A stretch of 34,489 nucleotides of DNA from Planctomycetota bacterium (GTDB lineage: Bacteria; Planctomycetota; GCA-002687715; DRQF01), in the NCBI GenBank assembly GCA_036479435.1, contig JAZGFI010000063.1, positions 1 to 34,489 of the forward strand, given 5' to 3'. Numbering within the stretch: position 1 is the stretch's first letter; every line of letters starts with the position of its first letter. Positions 5,854 through 15,992 of the stretch are shown piece by piece. The translations under genes and the position numbers were made by a program. Below the pieces are notes generated by a model. That model was not told the origin of the DNA and searched no databases. It worked only from the letters and a program-made list of their open reading frames with translations.

Positions 5854-8004
5854 ATGAAGACCTATTGTCACGCCCCCTGGGTTCCTGAGGAACTCGAGCC
5901 TCTTCTCGATTTGGCTTACAACTTTTGGTGGAGCAGCGATCGGGAGGCGAATTGGCTTTTTGATCGCATGTCCAACGGGATGTGGGGTCACGTTAAGCGC
6001 AACCCGGTTCGGCTGCTCCGGCTCATGGGGCGTCAAGCACTGCTGGAATTGCGGCACAAGCCGGAGTTTGTCGAGCGCGCGCGCGCCGTGCGCAATCGAA
6101 TGCGGGCCGATCTCGAAAAAGACAGCCACTTTCGTCTGCACGCCACGACCCACGGGGAAGCCGAGCTTTCGATCGAGACCAATCCACTAGCCGCGTATTT
6201 CTCGGCGGAGTTTGGGATTCACGAGTCGCTGCCGATCTATTCGGGCGGCTTGGGGGTTTTGGCCGGTGACCACATCCGCTCGACGAGTGACCTTAAGGTG
6301 CCCTTTGTGGGCGTCGGCCTGCTTTATCGTTTGGGCTACTTTCACCAGCACTTTTCTCTCGACAACTGGCAGCTGGAAGAGTTTTTGCCGCACGGCTTTC
6401 ATGACCTGCCAATCAAACAACTCATCGACGACGACGGCAAGGCCATCACGATTTCCTTAGAGTTGCCCGACCGCGTGGTTGAGGCTCAGTTGTGGTTGGC
6501 CCAAGTGGGCTCGTCTTCGCTGATTCTTTTGGACACCTACATGCGCAGCAACTGGCGCGAGGATCGCGACATCACGGCGCGGCTTTACGACAGCGATCGC
6601 GAAACACGCTTGCAGCAAGAGATCGTGTTGGGCGTGGGTGGCGTACGGGCCTTGACAGCCTTGGGCGTCAAGCCTCACCGCTACCACATGAACGAAGGGC
6701 ACAGCGCCTTTTTGGTCTTGGAGCGCGCGGCGGATCTTATCGCCGAGTCGGGATTGAGCCTTGCAGAAGCACAGGCTCAACTGCGCCCGAGCAACGTCTT
6801 CACCACGCACACCCCGGTCGCAGCGGGGCATGAGGTCTTTCGCCGGGAGTTGATGGAACCCTATTTTGTTCCGCAGCTAAAACGTCTGAACATCGGGCCG
6901 GATCAGTTCTTCGAGTTAGGACATCGCACCGGCACCGAGCAGAACGGCGAGTTTGAAATGACCTCGCTGGCGATCAGGTTCAGTGAGCGTCTAAACGGCG
7001 TGAGCAAACTGCACGGGGAAGTGGCCCGCGAGCAATGGCACTGCATGTGGCCGGATCGTAAGGAGCAAGATGTTCCGATCAGTCACATTACAAATGGGGT
7101 TCACATCGCGACTTGGATTGGGGCTCCGATGCAGGAGCTATTCGATCGCTACCTAGGATCGGATTGGCTCGAAAAACAAGAACAAGCCGAAACCTGGCGC
7201 CGAGTCGCCGACATTCCCGCGGATGAGCTTTGGCGAGCTCGGGGCAAGCAACGGGCGGCGCTCATTGAAAACGCTAAGAGGCGCGCTCAACGCCAACTCA
7301 TCGCTCGCAACGTCGACCGCGAAACCCTCGACCAACATGTCTCGCGTCTCGACCCCGAGGCCTTGACCATCGGTTTTGCCCGCCGCTTCGCCACCTACAA
7401 GCGCGCGGATCTGTTCTTTCGGCACCGCGATGTGCTCGAACGACTGCTCAACGACCCAGAGCGCCCCATGCAGATGTTGTTTGCCGGGAAGGCGCACCCC
7501 GCTGATGAGGCCGGCAAAAAAGTGCTGCAGAGCGTCATCGAACTCAGTCTTGAGCCCGCGTTCCTCGGCAAGCTGTTTGTGATCGAAGACTACGAGATGG
7601 GCTTCGCACGTTTTTTGGTGCAGGGCTCGGACGTTTGGATGAACACGCCGCGTCCGCCCAAAGAAGCGAGCGGCACGAGCGGGATGAAGGCCTGCCCCAA
7701 CGGCGCTTTGACCTTGTCGACGAAAGACGGTTGGTGGGTTGAAGGCGCCAATGATTTGAACGGTTGGACGATTGGCGAAGGGAGCGATCCCGCGAAGTCA
7801 GACGAAGAGATGGATGCCGAAGATGCCGCGGACCTGAGCCATCTCCTCGAACACGAAGTGGTGCCGACTTTTTATGACCGTGGACCGTCCGGCCTTCCGG
7901 AGCGTTGGATCGAACGCGTGCGCGCCAGCATCGCCTCGGTGACGCCCTTTTTCAACACCAGTCGTATGGTGCGCGAGTACACCGAGCGTTGCTATCTCGA
8001 CTAG
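5854..8004 (+). CDS. glgP: Alpha-glucan (glycogen/maltodextrin) phosphorylase
   Basis: YFSAEFG, YSGGLGVLAGD, HMNEGH, FARRFATYKR, AGKAHP and PLP-lysine motif EASGTSGMK. Start chosen at ATG 5854. Confidence 0.95.
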   Translation: MKTYCHAPWVPEELEPLLDLAYNFWWSSDREANWLFDRMSNGMWGHVKRNPVRLLRLMGRQALLELRHKPEFVERARAVRNRMRADLEKDSHFRLHATTHGEAELSIETNPLAAYFSAEFGIHESLPIYSGGLGVLAGDHIRSTSDLKVPFVGVGLLYRLGYFHQHFSLDNWQLEEFLPHGFHDLPIKQLIDDDGKAITISLELPDRVVEAQLWLAQVGSSSLILLDTYMRSNWREDRDITARLYDSDRETRLQQEIVLGVGGVRALTALGVKPHRYHMNEGHSAFLVLERAADLIAESGLSLAEAQAQLRPSNVFTTHTPVAAGHEVFRRELMEPYFVPQLKRLNIGPDQFFELGHRTGTEQNGEFEMTSLAIRFSERLNGVSKLHGEVAREQWHCMWPDRKEQDVPISHITNGVHIATWIGAPMQELFDRYLGSDWLEKQEQAETWRRVADIPADELWRARGKQRAALIENAKRRAQRQLIARNVDRETLDQHVSRLDPEALTIGFARRFATYKRADLFFRHRDVLERLLNDPERPMQMLFAGKAHPADEAGKKVLQSVIELSLEPAFLGKLFVIEDYEMGFARFLVQGSDVWMNTPRPPKEASGTSGMKACPNGALTLSTKDGWWVEGANDLNGWTIGEGSDPAKSDEEMDAEDAADLSHLLEHEVVPTFYDRGPSGLPERWIERVRASIASVTPFFNTSRMVREYTERCYLD

Positions 8005-8042
8005 GGCTCTTCTCTCGGCCGCTGGCGGCCGTAAGGGCCCCA

Positions 8043-8405
8043 TCAGCGGCGAATGTCGAGGAGCTCCGGCTCGCGGGGGTTGCCGCTTTTGTAGCGATTG
8101 AGCTGCAAGCGGCTGCTACGAGTTTGTTCGATTTCAAAAGCCGTCGCCGCGCGCTTGCAATCTAACTCTTCGACGATGCGATCGTTCATGCGGCGCAAAC
8201 CCTCGAGCACTTCGCTAAGTTCGGTGTCGCCCAGCAAGCAGCGGCGATCGATCTCGGGTTTGATGTCCGAAAGTAGATCGTCGGAACGGTTGGCCAGCTT
8301 CGCCACTTCATTGAGATCATCGGCCTCTAAGGCCACCAAGACGCGTTGCGAGAGCTTTCTTAGCTCTTGGAGATTATCCCAAAACTCGGGAGTGGTGGTG
8401 CTCAT
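8043..8405 (-). CDS. FliT-like flagellar chaperone (positional call)
   Basis: About 120-aa helical protein directly after fliS; ATG 8405 has a GGGAGA RBS. Confidence 0.55.
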   Translation of the reverse strand: MSTTTPEFWDNLQELRKLSQRVLVALEADDLNEVAKLANRSDDLLSDIKPEIDRRCLLGDTELSEVLEGLRRMNDRIVEELDCKRAATAFEIEQTRSSRLQLNRYKSGNPREPELLDIRR

Positions 8406-8418
8406 CGTGTCGATCTCC

Positions 8419-8784
8419 CTAAGCGCTGGCAATGATGCCAGCCCAGCCTTCGCGCAGCGTCGTCATGATCTTGAGCGCGTCTTCCAGATCTTTCTTCGAT
8501 CGGTTGGCGTTGGCTTTCACCAAGGCGTCCATCACGAATCGATAGAGTTGATCGAGCCTTGAGGCAATTTGGGCGCCGGCCTCGCGATCGAGGGAGACTT
8601 TGAGCTCGGAGACGATATTGAAGGTCCGACTGATGAGCCGGCCGTACTCCGCGTGGTTGCCCTTATCGAGCTGCACCATCGACTGCCGCGCGAAACGCAA
8701 GGCTCCGTCGTACATCAGCAAGACGAGCTTTTCGCGCGAAGCCGATAAGATGGCGTTCCGTTGGTATTCGAGTGTCGCATTCAT
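8419..8784 (-). CDS. fliS: Flagellin export chaperone
   Basis: EYQRNAILSASREKLVLLMYDGALRF...LDQLYRF...LREGW. Confidence 0.93.
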   Translation of the reverse strand: MNATLEYQRNAILSASREKLVLLMYDGALRFARQSMVQLDKGNHAEYGRLISRTFNIVSELKVSLDREAGAQIASRLDQLYRFVMDALVKANANRSKKDLEDALKIMTTLREGWAGIIASA

Positions 8785-8910
8785 GTCGCGAACCTTCCGC
8801 TCTTCTTTGTTCGTCCGCCCTTAGGCGGATCTCTTCCCTGCGACGAAGCCGAGTCGCTTCGCCGTGTGAGGCGAAACGGATGTTTCACCTCGTTTTTGAT
8901 CCATTGGGGA

Positions 8911-10236
8911 TCAGAATCCGCCGAGGGCCGCCCCTTGCGCCTGAAGTTGGGCCGTGAGTTGCTCGAGGGCTGCAAACTTCAAAGTCTGCCGCTCCTCGTA
9001 CTTCACGAGGCGCGCTTCTTGCCGTTCAATCCGGCTGTCAAGGCCACGGATGCGGTCACCCAACGATTTTTGGCGCAGAGCCAAGGTGCCGGTTGCGGCG
9101 GACAAGATGCCGGAGGTTCCCGCGAGGGTATCGCCGTTCAGCACATTGTCGAAAACTCCGGCGAGTCCGTCTTCACCGCCATCGATACCGCCAAAGAAAT
9201 CCTGGAATCCTGAGAAGTCCTGAGACAAGGCCTCATCTAAAACCTCGCGGTTGAGTTCCGCGCGGCCCGTGGCATTGGTCTCGATCCCGATCTGAGAAAG
9301 GCCTTCGAAAGCGAATCCGTCGCCACTATCAAATGATTCTCTAAAAGCGTTCTGAAGCGATCGTTTGATGCCGCGCAGCGAGATGTCGTTCCGGTCGTCT
9401 TGGGCGTCGATGTAATCCAAAACGTCATTGTAGGATGAAATGAAGTCGTCGAGCTTTTCCGCGATCGCGTCGTCATCGCGCGTCACGCTGATCTCAACGG
9501 ACTGGCCAGGTGCGGCCGACTCAAGATTGATGGTCAGGCCTTCGATGGCGTCTTCAATTTGGTTCGTCGAGCTGGTGATCGCCAGGTTGTTGATACTGAA
9601 CTGCGCATCTTCGGCGGCGATCAGCTCTACCTCGCTAAGTCCGCCGGCGTTTGCGAAGTTGATTTGGTCGACGGTGAAGCTGTTCTCAACGCCGGTCTCT
9701 TCGGCGGTGAAGACGAGGTTGTAGCCCGTGCCATCATTGACGATGCTCGCTTGGACGCCGAGATCGGCATCGTTGATCTTGTCGCGAACGTCATTCAAGG
9801 TGTCGCCATTGTCAATGGTCACGGATGACGATACGCCATCCACAGTAAAGTCAACTTGACCCGCACCGACGTCTGCGGTGTCAGCATCGCTGAATGCGGT
9901 GGCGAAGTAGACGCTGCGGGCTCGGGCCAGGCTGGTCACTTCGAGTTCAAAGTTACCCGAGGTTGCACCCGATCCGGCTTCCACTCGCGCAATTGTCTCG
10001 TCGCTGGAGTTGGTCTCATACAGCGACAATTCGGAGGACCTAGAGAGGTCTTTGATGGCGTCGTTCAAGGCCGAGAGCTTGCTCTTGAACTGCGAGAACT
10101 GACTTTGCTTGTCGACGAAACTCTGGCGTCGGTTCTCGAGGCGCGCCAAAGGCCGCGATTCGAGAAGAACAAGCTGCTCGATGATGGTATTCGTGTCGAG
10201 GCCCGTCGCGAGCCCGCCGAAAGTAAATCCAGCCAT
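8911..10236 (-). CDS. fliD: Flagellar filament cap
   Basis: GLATGLDTNTIIEQLV N-terminus, FISSYNDV, and C-terminal KFAALEQ helix. Confidence 0.93.
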   Translation of the reverse strand: MAGFTFGGLATGLDTNTIIEQLVLLESRPLARLENRRQSFVDKQSQFSQFKSKLSALNDAIKDLSRSSELSLYETNSSDETIARVEAGSGATSGNFELEVTSLARARSVYFATAFSDADTADVGAGQVDFTVDGVSSSVTIDNGDTLNDVRDKINDADLGVQASIVNDGTGYNLVFTAEETGVENSFTVDQINFANAGGLSEVELIAAEDAQFSINNLAITSSTNQIEDAIEGLTINLESAAPGQSVEISVTRDDDAIAEKLDDFISSYNDVLDYIDAQDDRNDISLRGIKRSLQNAFRESFDSGDGFAFEGLSQIGIETNATGRAELNREVLDEALSQDFSGFQDFFGGIDGGEDGLAGVFDNVLNGDTLAGTSGILSAATGTLALRQKSLGDRIRGLDSRIERQEARLVKYEERQTLKFAALEQLTAQLQAQGAALGGF

Positions 10237-10301
10237 CCGTCATACTCCGTCAGTCAATACCACTGCCCGGCCTCAAAAGAATAATCGAGGCCATCAGGTC
10301 A

Positions 10302-10328
10302 TCATCGGCACTTTAAGGGCCGACTTGA
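10302..10328 (-). promoter_or_regulatory. Sigma28 (FliA)-type promoter of fliD
   Basis: TCAAG-N14-GCCGATGA on the minus strand, about 65 bp upstream of fliD. Confidence 0.75.
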
Positions 10329-10542
10329 CGTTTTACATCTTCAGCGAATCGGTGGTGGGCCGGCGACGCATTTTCATGCGCCGCCCACCGCGTCGTTTCG
10401 GACCCTCATGGGTATTCCGAAACCACCGAGGCCGTTGGACAAACGACCCTTGATCGAAGATGTGTTGCTGCCGTCTTCTGAGTCCGCGGCAGAAAACCCA
10501 AGCGTAAAACGCAAGGTTACGCGCGCGCTCTCAAGAAGCGGT

Positions 10543-11373
10543 CTAACCCTGGAGCAAAGTCAGCGCGGCCTGCGGCTGAACGTTGGCCTGGGCCAAGATC
10601 GTAATGGCGGCCTGCTGTAGAATCTGCGCCCGGGTGAGGTTGGCAGTTTCCGAAGCGATGTCGACATCGCGGATTCGAGACTCAGCGGCCGAGAGGTTCT
10701 CGGCGTTGATCTTGAGCTGCGAGATCGTGCTCTCGAGGCGGTTTTGGGTCGCGCCGAAATCTCCGCGCAATTGCGAGATCGAGTCGATGGCGGAGTCGAT
10801 GGCGGTGATGGCTGCGGTGGTGTCAGAACCGGAGCCAATCGAAATCACATCGAGACCCAGGTTGGAGGACCCGATAGCGCTCAAGGTGACATCGAGAGTG
10901 TCAACTCCGGAGGTCGTGCCCGCACCGATGTGCAGACTGACCGTGGCGTTCGAGCCATCAAACAGCTTGAAACCGCTGAACTCGGTCGCCTGGCCGATCC
11001 GCTCGATTTCGCTAATGATCTGCTGGAATTCTTGGTCAAGCGTGTTCTGATCCTCAGTTCCGAGCGTGCCGTTGCTGGCCTGAATGGACAGCTCCCGCAT
11101 ACGAACCAGGATGTTGTTGACTTCGTCGAGCGCACCTTCAGCGGTCTGCGTTAGCGAGATGCCGTCGTTAGCGTTTCGTTCCGCCTGCTGGATGCTGCGG
11201 ATTCGTGAACGAAGTCGTTCTGAGATAGCAAGCCCTGCGGCATCATCAGCAGCACTTGCGATTCGCAAGCCCGTCGACAGACGCCGAAAAGAGTCGCCCA
11301 ACTGCTTGGTCGCGTTGGACAGATGCCGTTGCGCATTCAAAGACGCAATGTTGGTTTGGATTCTAAGACCCAT
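10543..11373 (-). CDS. fliC: Flagellin (short D0/D1-only type, 276 aa)
   Basis: RIQTNIASLNAQR, LSTGLRIASAADDAAGLAIS, GATQNRLE, SRIRDVD. Confidence 0.97.
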   Translation of the reverse strand: MGLRIQTNIASLNAQRHLSNATKQLGDSFRRLSTGLRIASAADDAAGLAISERLRSRIRSIQQAERNANDGISLTQTAEGALDEVNNILVRMRELSIQASNGTLGTEDQNTLDQEFQQIISEIERIGQATEFSGFKLFDGSNATVSLHIGAGTTSGVDTLDVTLSAIGSSNLGLDVISIGSGSDTTAAITAIDSAIDSISQLRGDFGATQNRLESTISQLKINAENLSAAESRIRDVDIASETANLTRAQILQQAAITILAQANVQPQAALTLLQG

Positions 11374-11492
11374 GGTTCTCCTCCTCGATCAGTCTCTTTG
11401 GCGCGGTCAGACGTCTTTGGGCGTCACCCCGAAGACTCCCGCGCTGCAAGAGGGTTTAACCGGCGCCACACTGGGCTCGGCCTTCTCCGCAC

Positions 11493-11520
11493 TGATAGGA
11501 AGAACACCCAGGGCTCTTTA
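11493..11520 (-). promoter_or_regulatory. Possible sigma28 promoter of fliC
   Basis: TAAAG-N15-TCCTATCA; the -10 matches GCCGATAA at only 5/8. Confidence 0.35.
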
Positions 11521-11914
11521 GAAGGAAAATGCAAAGAGCCTGAATTGTTTTGCGATCGACCCAGATCTGCTCCTTGTCTTAGAAGCAAGTGCCCGCCGAA
11601 GTTGCTTTTGCCCTGAAGCTGCATCTGTGGCGCGTAAAAGGCAAACCACCGGCAGGCGGAAGGACGTCTCTTCGTCGTCGGAGGCTCTAGGGTGCAAATG
11701 CATGCTCAACTCCCGGCCTGCATGTCCGGCGAATGAATATCCCCAAGTCGGAAAAAAGTGCTGCCTAGAGCGGAAAACATTTCACTGCGGGTGAACATTC
11801 AGTCGATTCATCAAGGGTACGGGAGACCGCGGTTTCACCGCCCTTCCGCCAAGCGAGGGTTCCGCCCGTTGGGGGCTGTCAGACGGGAACCCTCGCTGAG
11901 ACCTAAACGACTCC

Positions 11915-13354
11915 ATGACAGCAAGTAAGCGCAAAGGCGCCCAGATGACACCAAAGCTGAAGATCTTGATTGTCGACGCGGATGAAGGCCAGTCCGACGA
12001 GCTCCGCCAGAGCTTTGAGGACCAAGGCTACACCGTCGATGTCGCGGGTGACGTCCCGATGGCAGAACGCCGACTCGAGCAGTCGAACTTTGACGCCATG
12101 ATTGCGGCGCTCAGGCTGCCCGGAGGCGGTGGGCTGAAGCTGCTCGGCAACGCCCACGCTAAAGAGCAGGGAACAATCTTCTTCCTTTTGGCCCGTGATC
12201 CCGCGGTCCACGACGTCGTTGAGGCCATCCGCCGCGGCGCGGTCGACGTGCTAGAAGAACCGGTCTTCGGCGGGCACGCCACGGCGGTTGTCGCTCAGGG
12301 TCTCAGCGATCGCAAGCAGGCCCAATCTTCGAAATCGCGACCCAAGCGGACAACGGGACACCTCTCGCGGCCGCCCATCATCGGGCGAAGCCCCGCTCTT
12401 AAAGAAGTCCTCGACACGCTCAAACTCGTCACGCAAGCGCCGCGAGCCACCGTTCTCATCGAGGGCGAAAGCGGGACGGGTAAAGAACTGATCGCGCGCG
12501 CCATCCACTACGACGGTCCTCGGGCCGATTGCCCATTCCTTGCCGTGAATTGCGCCACCCTCACTGAAAACCTGCTGGAAGCCGAACTCTTCGGCTACGA
12601 GGCAGGAGCTTTCACCGGGGCCCACAGCTCGGGTAAGCAGGGGCTTTTCGAAGTCGCCAACGGAGGCACCTTGTTCCTCGACGAGATCGGCGAGCTGGCC
12701 CCGAGTCTTCAAGCCAAGCTGCTGCGCGTGCTCCAAGAGGGGGCGTTCAAGCGGGTCGGCGGCGTGCGCGACATCAGCATCGACGTTCGCATCATCGCGG
12801 CCACCAATCGCGCTTTGCGCCAAGAGGTGCAAGAATCGCGATTCCGCGCCGACCTCTACTACCGCCTCAATGTCGTGCCGCTTCTCGTGCCACGGCTGCA
12901 AGATCGCCAAAGCGACATCCCCGAGTTGGCACAGCACTTCGTCAGCAGCTACGGCGCTGAACTCGGCAAGTCTCTAGAGGGACTGTCCGATGCGGCGCTT
13001 GAGGAACTAAAATCCTACGAGTGGCCGGGCAACATCCGCGAACTTCGCAACGTCTGCGAGTACGCCGCCATCGTCTGTGACAGCAACCTCATCGAGAGCC
13101 GCCACCTCAGGCTCCCCGATCACGCGGCCGTGGCTCCGGCGACGCCGTCGACTGAATCTTCAGCTCTGCCGACTGGCGACCGTAGCCTGAAGAGTATGGA
13201 AAGCGAACTGATACGCGTCGTCCTGTCGGAAACGCGCTTCAATGTGACGCGCGCCGCGACCATCCTCGGCATCAATCGCAGCACCCTCTACAACAAGATG
13301 CGCGACTACGGACTCCAACGCGACGAACGTCCAAAAATGCTACGGACCGTCTGA
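11915..13354 (+). CDS. Sigma54 enhancer-binding protein with pseudo-receiver domain (FleQ/FlrA-like)
   Basis: GESGTGKE, intact GAFTGA, LFLDEIGE, WPGNIREL and Fis-type HTH. The receiver lacks the phospho-Asp (MIAALRLP) and the conserved Lys (EEP). Confidence 0.88.
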   Translation: MTASKRKGAQMTPKLKILIVDADEGQSDELRQSFEDQGYTVDVAGDVPMAERRLEQSNFDAMIAALRLPGGGGLKLLGNAHAKEQGTIFFLLARDPAVHDVVEAIRRGAVDVLEEPVFGGHATAVVAQGLSDRKQAQSSKSRPKRTTGHLSRPPIIGRSPALKEVLDTLKLVTQAPRATVLIEGESGTGKELIARAIHYDGPRADCPFLAVNCATLTENLLEAELFGYEAGAFTGAHSSGKQGLFEVANGGTLFLDEIGELAPSLQAKLLRVLQEGAFKRVGGVRDISIDVRIIAATNRALRQEVQESRFRADLYYRLNVVPLLVPRLQDRQSDIPELAQHFVSSYGAELGKSLEGLSDAALEELKSYEWPGNIRELRNVCEYAAIVCDSNLIESRHLRLPDHAAVAPATPSTESSALPTGDRSLKSMESELIRVVLSETRFNVTRAATILGINRSTLYNKMRDYGLQRDERPKMLRTV

Positions 13355-13458
13355 AATTCCAACGCTGAACTTTGCGACGAGGCCGTGGGGATTCGCCGCC
13401 CTCACCGCTAACTCTTTTATTTTAAGCCACTTATGAATTGACTCCCGGCCACTCATCC

Positions 13459-13474
13459 CGGCACGCACCTTGCG
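13459..13474 (+). promoter_or_regulatory. Sigma54 -24/-12 promoter with upstream IHF-like AT-rich site (13409-13421)
   Basis: CGGCAC-GCACC-TTGCG has GG-N10-GC spacing. TAACTCTTTTATT resembles the reverse IHF consensus TAAnnnnTTGATW. Confidence 0.7.
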
Positions 13475-13555
13475 AAAGACGAAGGTCGAAAGGGTGTCAA
13501 CGCCGCGGCGGCCAAAAGGCACTGCGGTCACCGCGCGAAACAGAGAAAGAAGTTC

Positions 13556-14410
13556 ATGAGCGACGCCGACAACGAGAAAAAAGCGCCAACCGCAGCCAAG
13601 GGCAGCAAAGATGCCGCGGCCAAAGGTAAGCCCTCGACGACCGTCGCGACAAAAACAAAGCCCAAAAAAGCCGCGGCTCCGACCAAGAAGGCCAAAGCAT
13701 CCGCTGACGCCGAAGCCACTGCGCCAAAAGCAACCGGCGACAAGCTAGTGCGCGACGAGGCCGCCGAAGAAAAACTCAAGGCGACTAGCCCACCCCGAGA
13801 CCGTCGAAACCTGATCTTGGGATTGGTGGGGGCGGCGGCATTCATTGGCGTCACGCTCGTCGCCGGATTGCTGATCTCGAACTATCGGCCGACTTTCGAA
13901 GAAGCCGCACCAGCAGCCATTCAAGAACAGGCCTCCAAGCCCATTCTAAGCGTGCCCGAACTCCTGCAACTCGGCCGCGAAGCGATCAAGACCGAGGACT
14001 TCGAAACTGCGCAAGCAGTCCTCGAAGACGCGCGAGTCCAAAGCAGCTCAAGCGACACCAGCCAGCAAATTGAGATTTTTGGTCTCCTCGCCGAGGTCGC
14101 CGAAACCACGGGTGACTCAAACGTCGCTGATATCTACCGCGGCTATCTCGCGAAACTACGCGCCGAACTGGGCACCTCGCTCGAGGTCTTCTCCGAAGCA
14201 GAAGCGGCGCGGGCAAAGGGCGAGCAGGACCAAGCTCTAAAGTTGTACTCGGCTTTCATCCTCCGCAGCGGCGAACTCGAGGGGGAAGCACGCATCTATC
14301 TCAACCGTGCCCGCGAAGAAATCGCCGCCATCTGGATGGAGAAGTATCGCGCTAGCGAACCCGCCCGCGCGTCTCTCAGCAAAGAGAAAGCGAGTTACTT
14401 TGATGGTTAG
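13556..14410 (+). CDS. Membrane-anchored TPR-like protein with Lys/Ala-rich N-terminus
   Basis: Low-complexity AKK-rich tail, a single TM (LILGLVGAAAFIGVTLVAGLLI), then helical repeats. Confidence 0.75.
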   Translation: MSDADNEKKAPTAAKGSKDAAAKGKPSTTVATKTKPKKAAAPTKKAKASADAEATAPKATGDKLVRDEAAEEKLKATSPPRDRRNLILGLVGAAAFIGVTLVAGLLISNYRPTFEEAAPAAIQEQASKPILSVPELLQLGREAIKTEDFETAQAVLEDARVQSSSSDTSQQIEIFGLLAEVAETTGDSNVADIYRGYLAKLRAELGTSLEVFSEAEAARAKGEQDQALKLYSAFILRSGELEGEARIYLNRAREEIAAIWMEKYRASEPARASLSKEKASYFDG

Positions 14411-15992
14411 CAGGGGCAACTTCAGCATCAAGATCGCCATTCGCTTCCTCGCCGGATTGTGCCTAATTCAGGCGCTCGCCGGGGCGCAGGATTTCGAATG
14501 CAAAGTGGAGATTCGAGGCCGCAGCGGCCGCATCGTCACCATCAAGACCCAGCAAACATCCGCTTTGGAGATCCTGTCCGCGTTAGCCGCAGGATCGGGC
14601 TACGGCCTTCGCTTTAGCTCCGCAGAGCTCACCGATCGCATCGACCAGATTCCGCTCGATCTCAACCTTAAGCAGATCTCCCTCGCCGACATGTTGCTGC
14701 CCTTGGGTGGTGCTATCGGAATCCACGCCGAAGTCGACTTCAACGAGAAACTAATCCGCGTCGTCGACCTACCCCCGACCTCTGCAAAGAACGCCAGCGC
14801 TTTCTACCACGCGCGGGCCTTAAAGGCCGTCACCGACGCCTATGCAGATTCGAAGTCGGGCGAACTCGATCTACTCCTGCAAAGCGCGGATCTTCACCTA
14901 ACCGCTCGAGAGTATGGCAAGGCGCTCGAAGCATTTGCCGCCTTCTTCAAAGATAAAGACGACGAAGCCAAAAAACACCCCCAGGCGATCGAGGCTTGCC
15001 TCCGCGCCGGACGTTGTGCACTCGCCATCAATGCGCCCGAAGAAGCATGGAAGTACTACGACTACTTCGTCCAGAACTTTCCACGCAACTCGCGTCTTCC
15101 CGATGCTCACCTAATGGGCGCCGAGTCACGAGTCCTCGCTGGATCTTGGGCCGAGGCCATTCGAATTCTCCGTGCGCTTGAACGCGCGGGAACCAAACGA
15201 GAAATTGACGAGCGAGACGCCTTACTGGCCGAGATGATGCTCGCGGAAACTTACTGGCGCATCAAAGAATACGACCGCGCTCTGCTGATCCTCGACCAAG
15301 CCAAAGACCGGCACACGCACCTACACGCTGACCTGATTGGCCAAATGCCGCTCTACGCGGGCCTTTGCCGGCGCGCCAAGGGCGAGGTAAGAAAATCAGT
15401 CTACGACTTCAGAGTTGCGGCCGTCACCTGTCCCAACAATGAGCTTCGCCGCCGCGCGGTCCGCGAACAAGCGGACACGCTGTTGCAACTGGACGCTCCC
15501 TTCGAGGCACTCGCGGCGGTACGCATCTCGCTTCAGATGGAGCCCGATGGGCCCGAGCTCCTTAAGCTTCGTCTCATTGAAGCGGCCGCATTTAGAGGCT
15601 TAGGACTCAATGAGAAAGCGCTGGATCTGCTTGAACAAACCGCCTTGCAGTTGGAAGAGCTCAGCTCGAGCATCGATCACCGCCGCGTCAGCGCGATCAG
15701 TCTTATGAACGCGATTGCCGAGATCCGATTTGAGCGACGCGAGTTCTCCGAGGCCGCCGCGTTCTTCGCCACGATCGAGGAGTACTCTGACCTCAAGCGA
15801 CACGCTGCATTCATGCGCGCTCGCTGCCACTTTGCCGCCGGCAAATGGGCCCAAGCTCTCGCCGTCACCGACCGTTTAGGTTCCGTCGGCGACGACCAAG
15901 TCTTGGCACTCGAAGTTCGTCAACTTCGGGGTGACTGCTTCATGAAACTCGGGCTCTTTGAGCGAGCCATTAAGAACTACCGGGACGCATGA
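14403..15992 (+). CDS. Exported TPR protein with STN/secretin-N-like N-terminal domain
   Basis: Signal peptide ending ALAGA-Q; beta-alpha segment IVTIKTQQTSALEILSALAAGSG...LDLNLKQISLADML; many TPR-like repeats (YYDYFVQNFPRN). Confidence 0.7.
   Translation: MVSRGNFSIKIAIRFLAGLCLIQALAGAQDFECKVEIRGRSGRIVTIKTQQTSALEILSALAAGSGYGLRFSSAELTDRIDQIPLDLNLKQISLADMLLPLGGAIGIHAEVDFNEKLIRVVDLPPTSAKNASAFYHARALKAVTDAYADSKSGELDLLLQSADLHLTAREYGKALEAFAAFFKDKDDEAKKHPQAIEACLRAGRCALAINAPEEAWKYYDYFVQNFPRNSRLPDAHLMGAESRVLAGSWAEAIRILRALERAGTKREIDERDALLAEMMLAETYWRIKEYDRALLILDQAKDRHTHLHADLIGQMPLYAGLCRRAKGEVRKSVYDFRVAAVTCPNNELRRRAVREQADTLLQLDAPFEALAAVRISLQMEPDGPELLKLRLIEAAAFRGLGLNEKALDLLEQTALQLEELSSSIDHRRVSAISLMNAIAEIRFERREFSEAAAFFATIEEYSDLKRHAAFMRARCHFAAGKWAQALAVTDRLGSVGDDQVLALEVRQLRGDCFMKLGLFERAIKNYRDA

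Noticed and set aside
10543..11373. Very short flagellin
   Set aside because: D0/D1-only flagellins of about 270-300 aa are widespread.
11637..11725. c-di-GMP-I riboswitch-like start (AAAGGCAAACC...GGACG) upstream of the FleQ-like gene
   Set aside because: Lacks the GNRA loop, the CGCAAAGC junction and the closing helix; not supportable without an Infernal scan.
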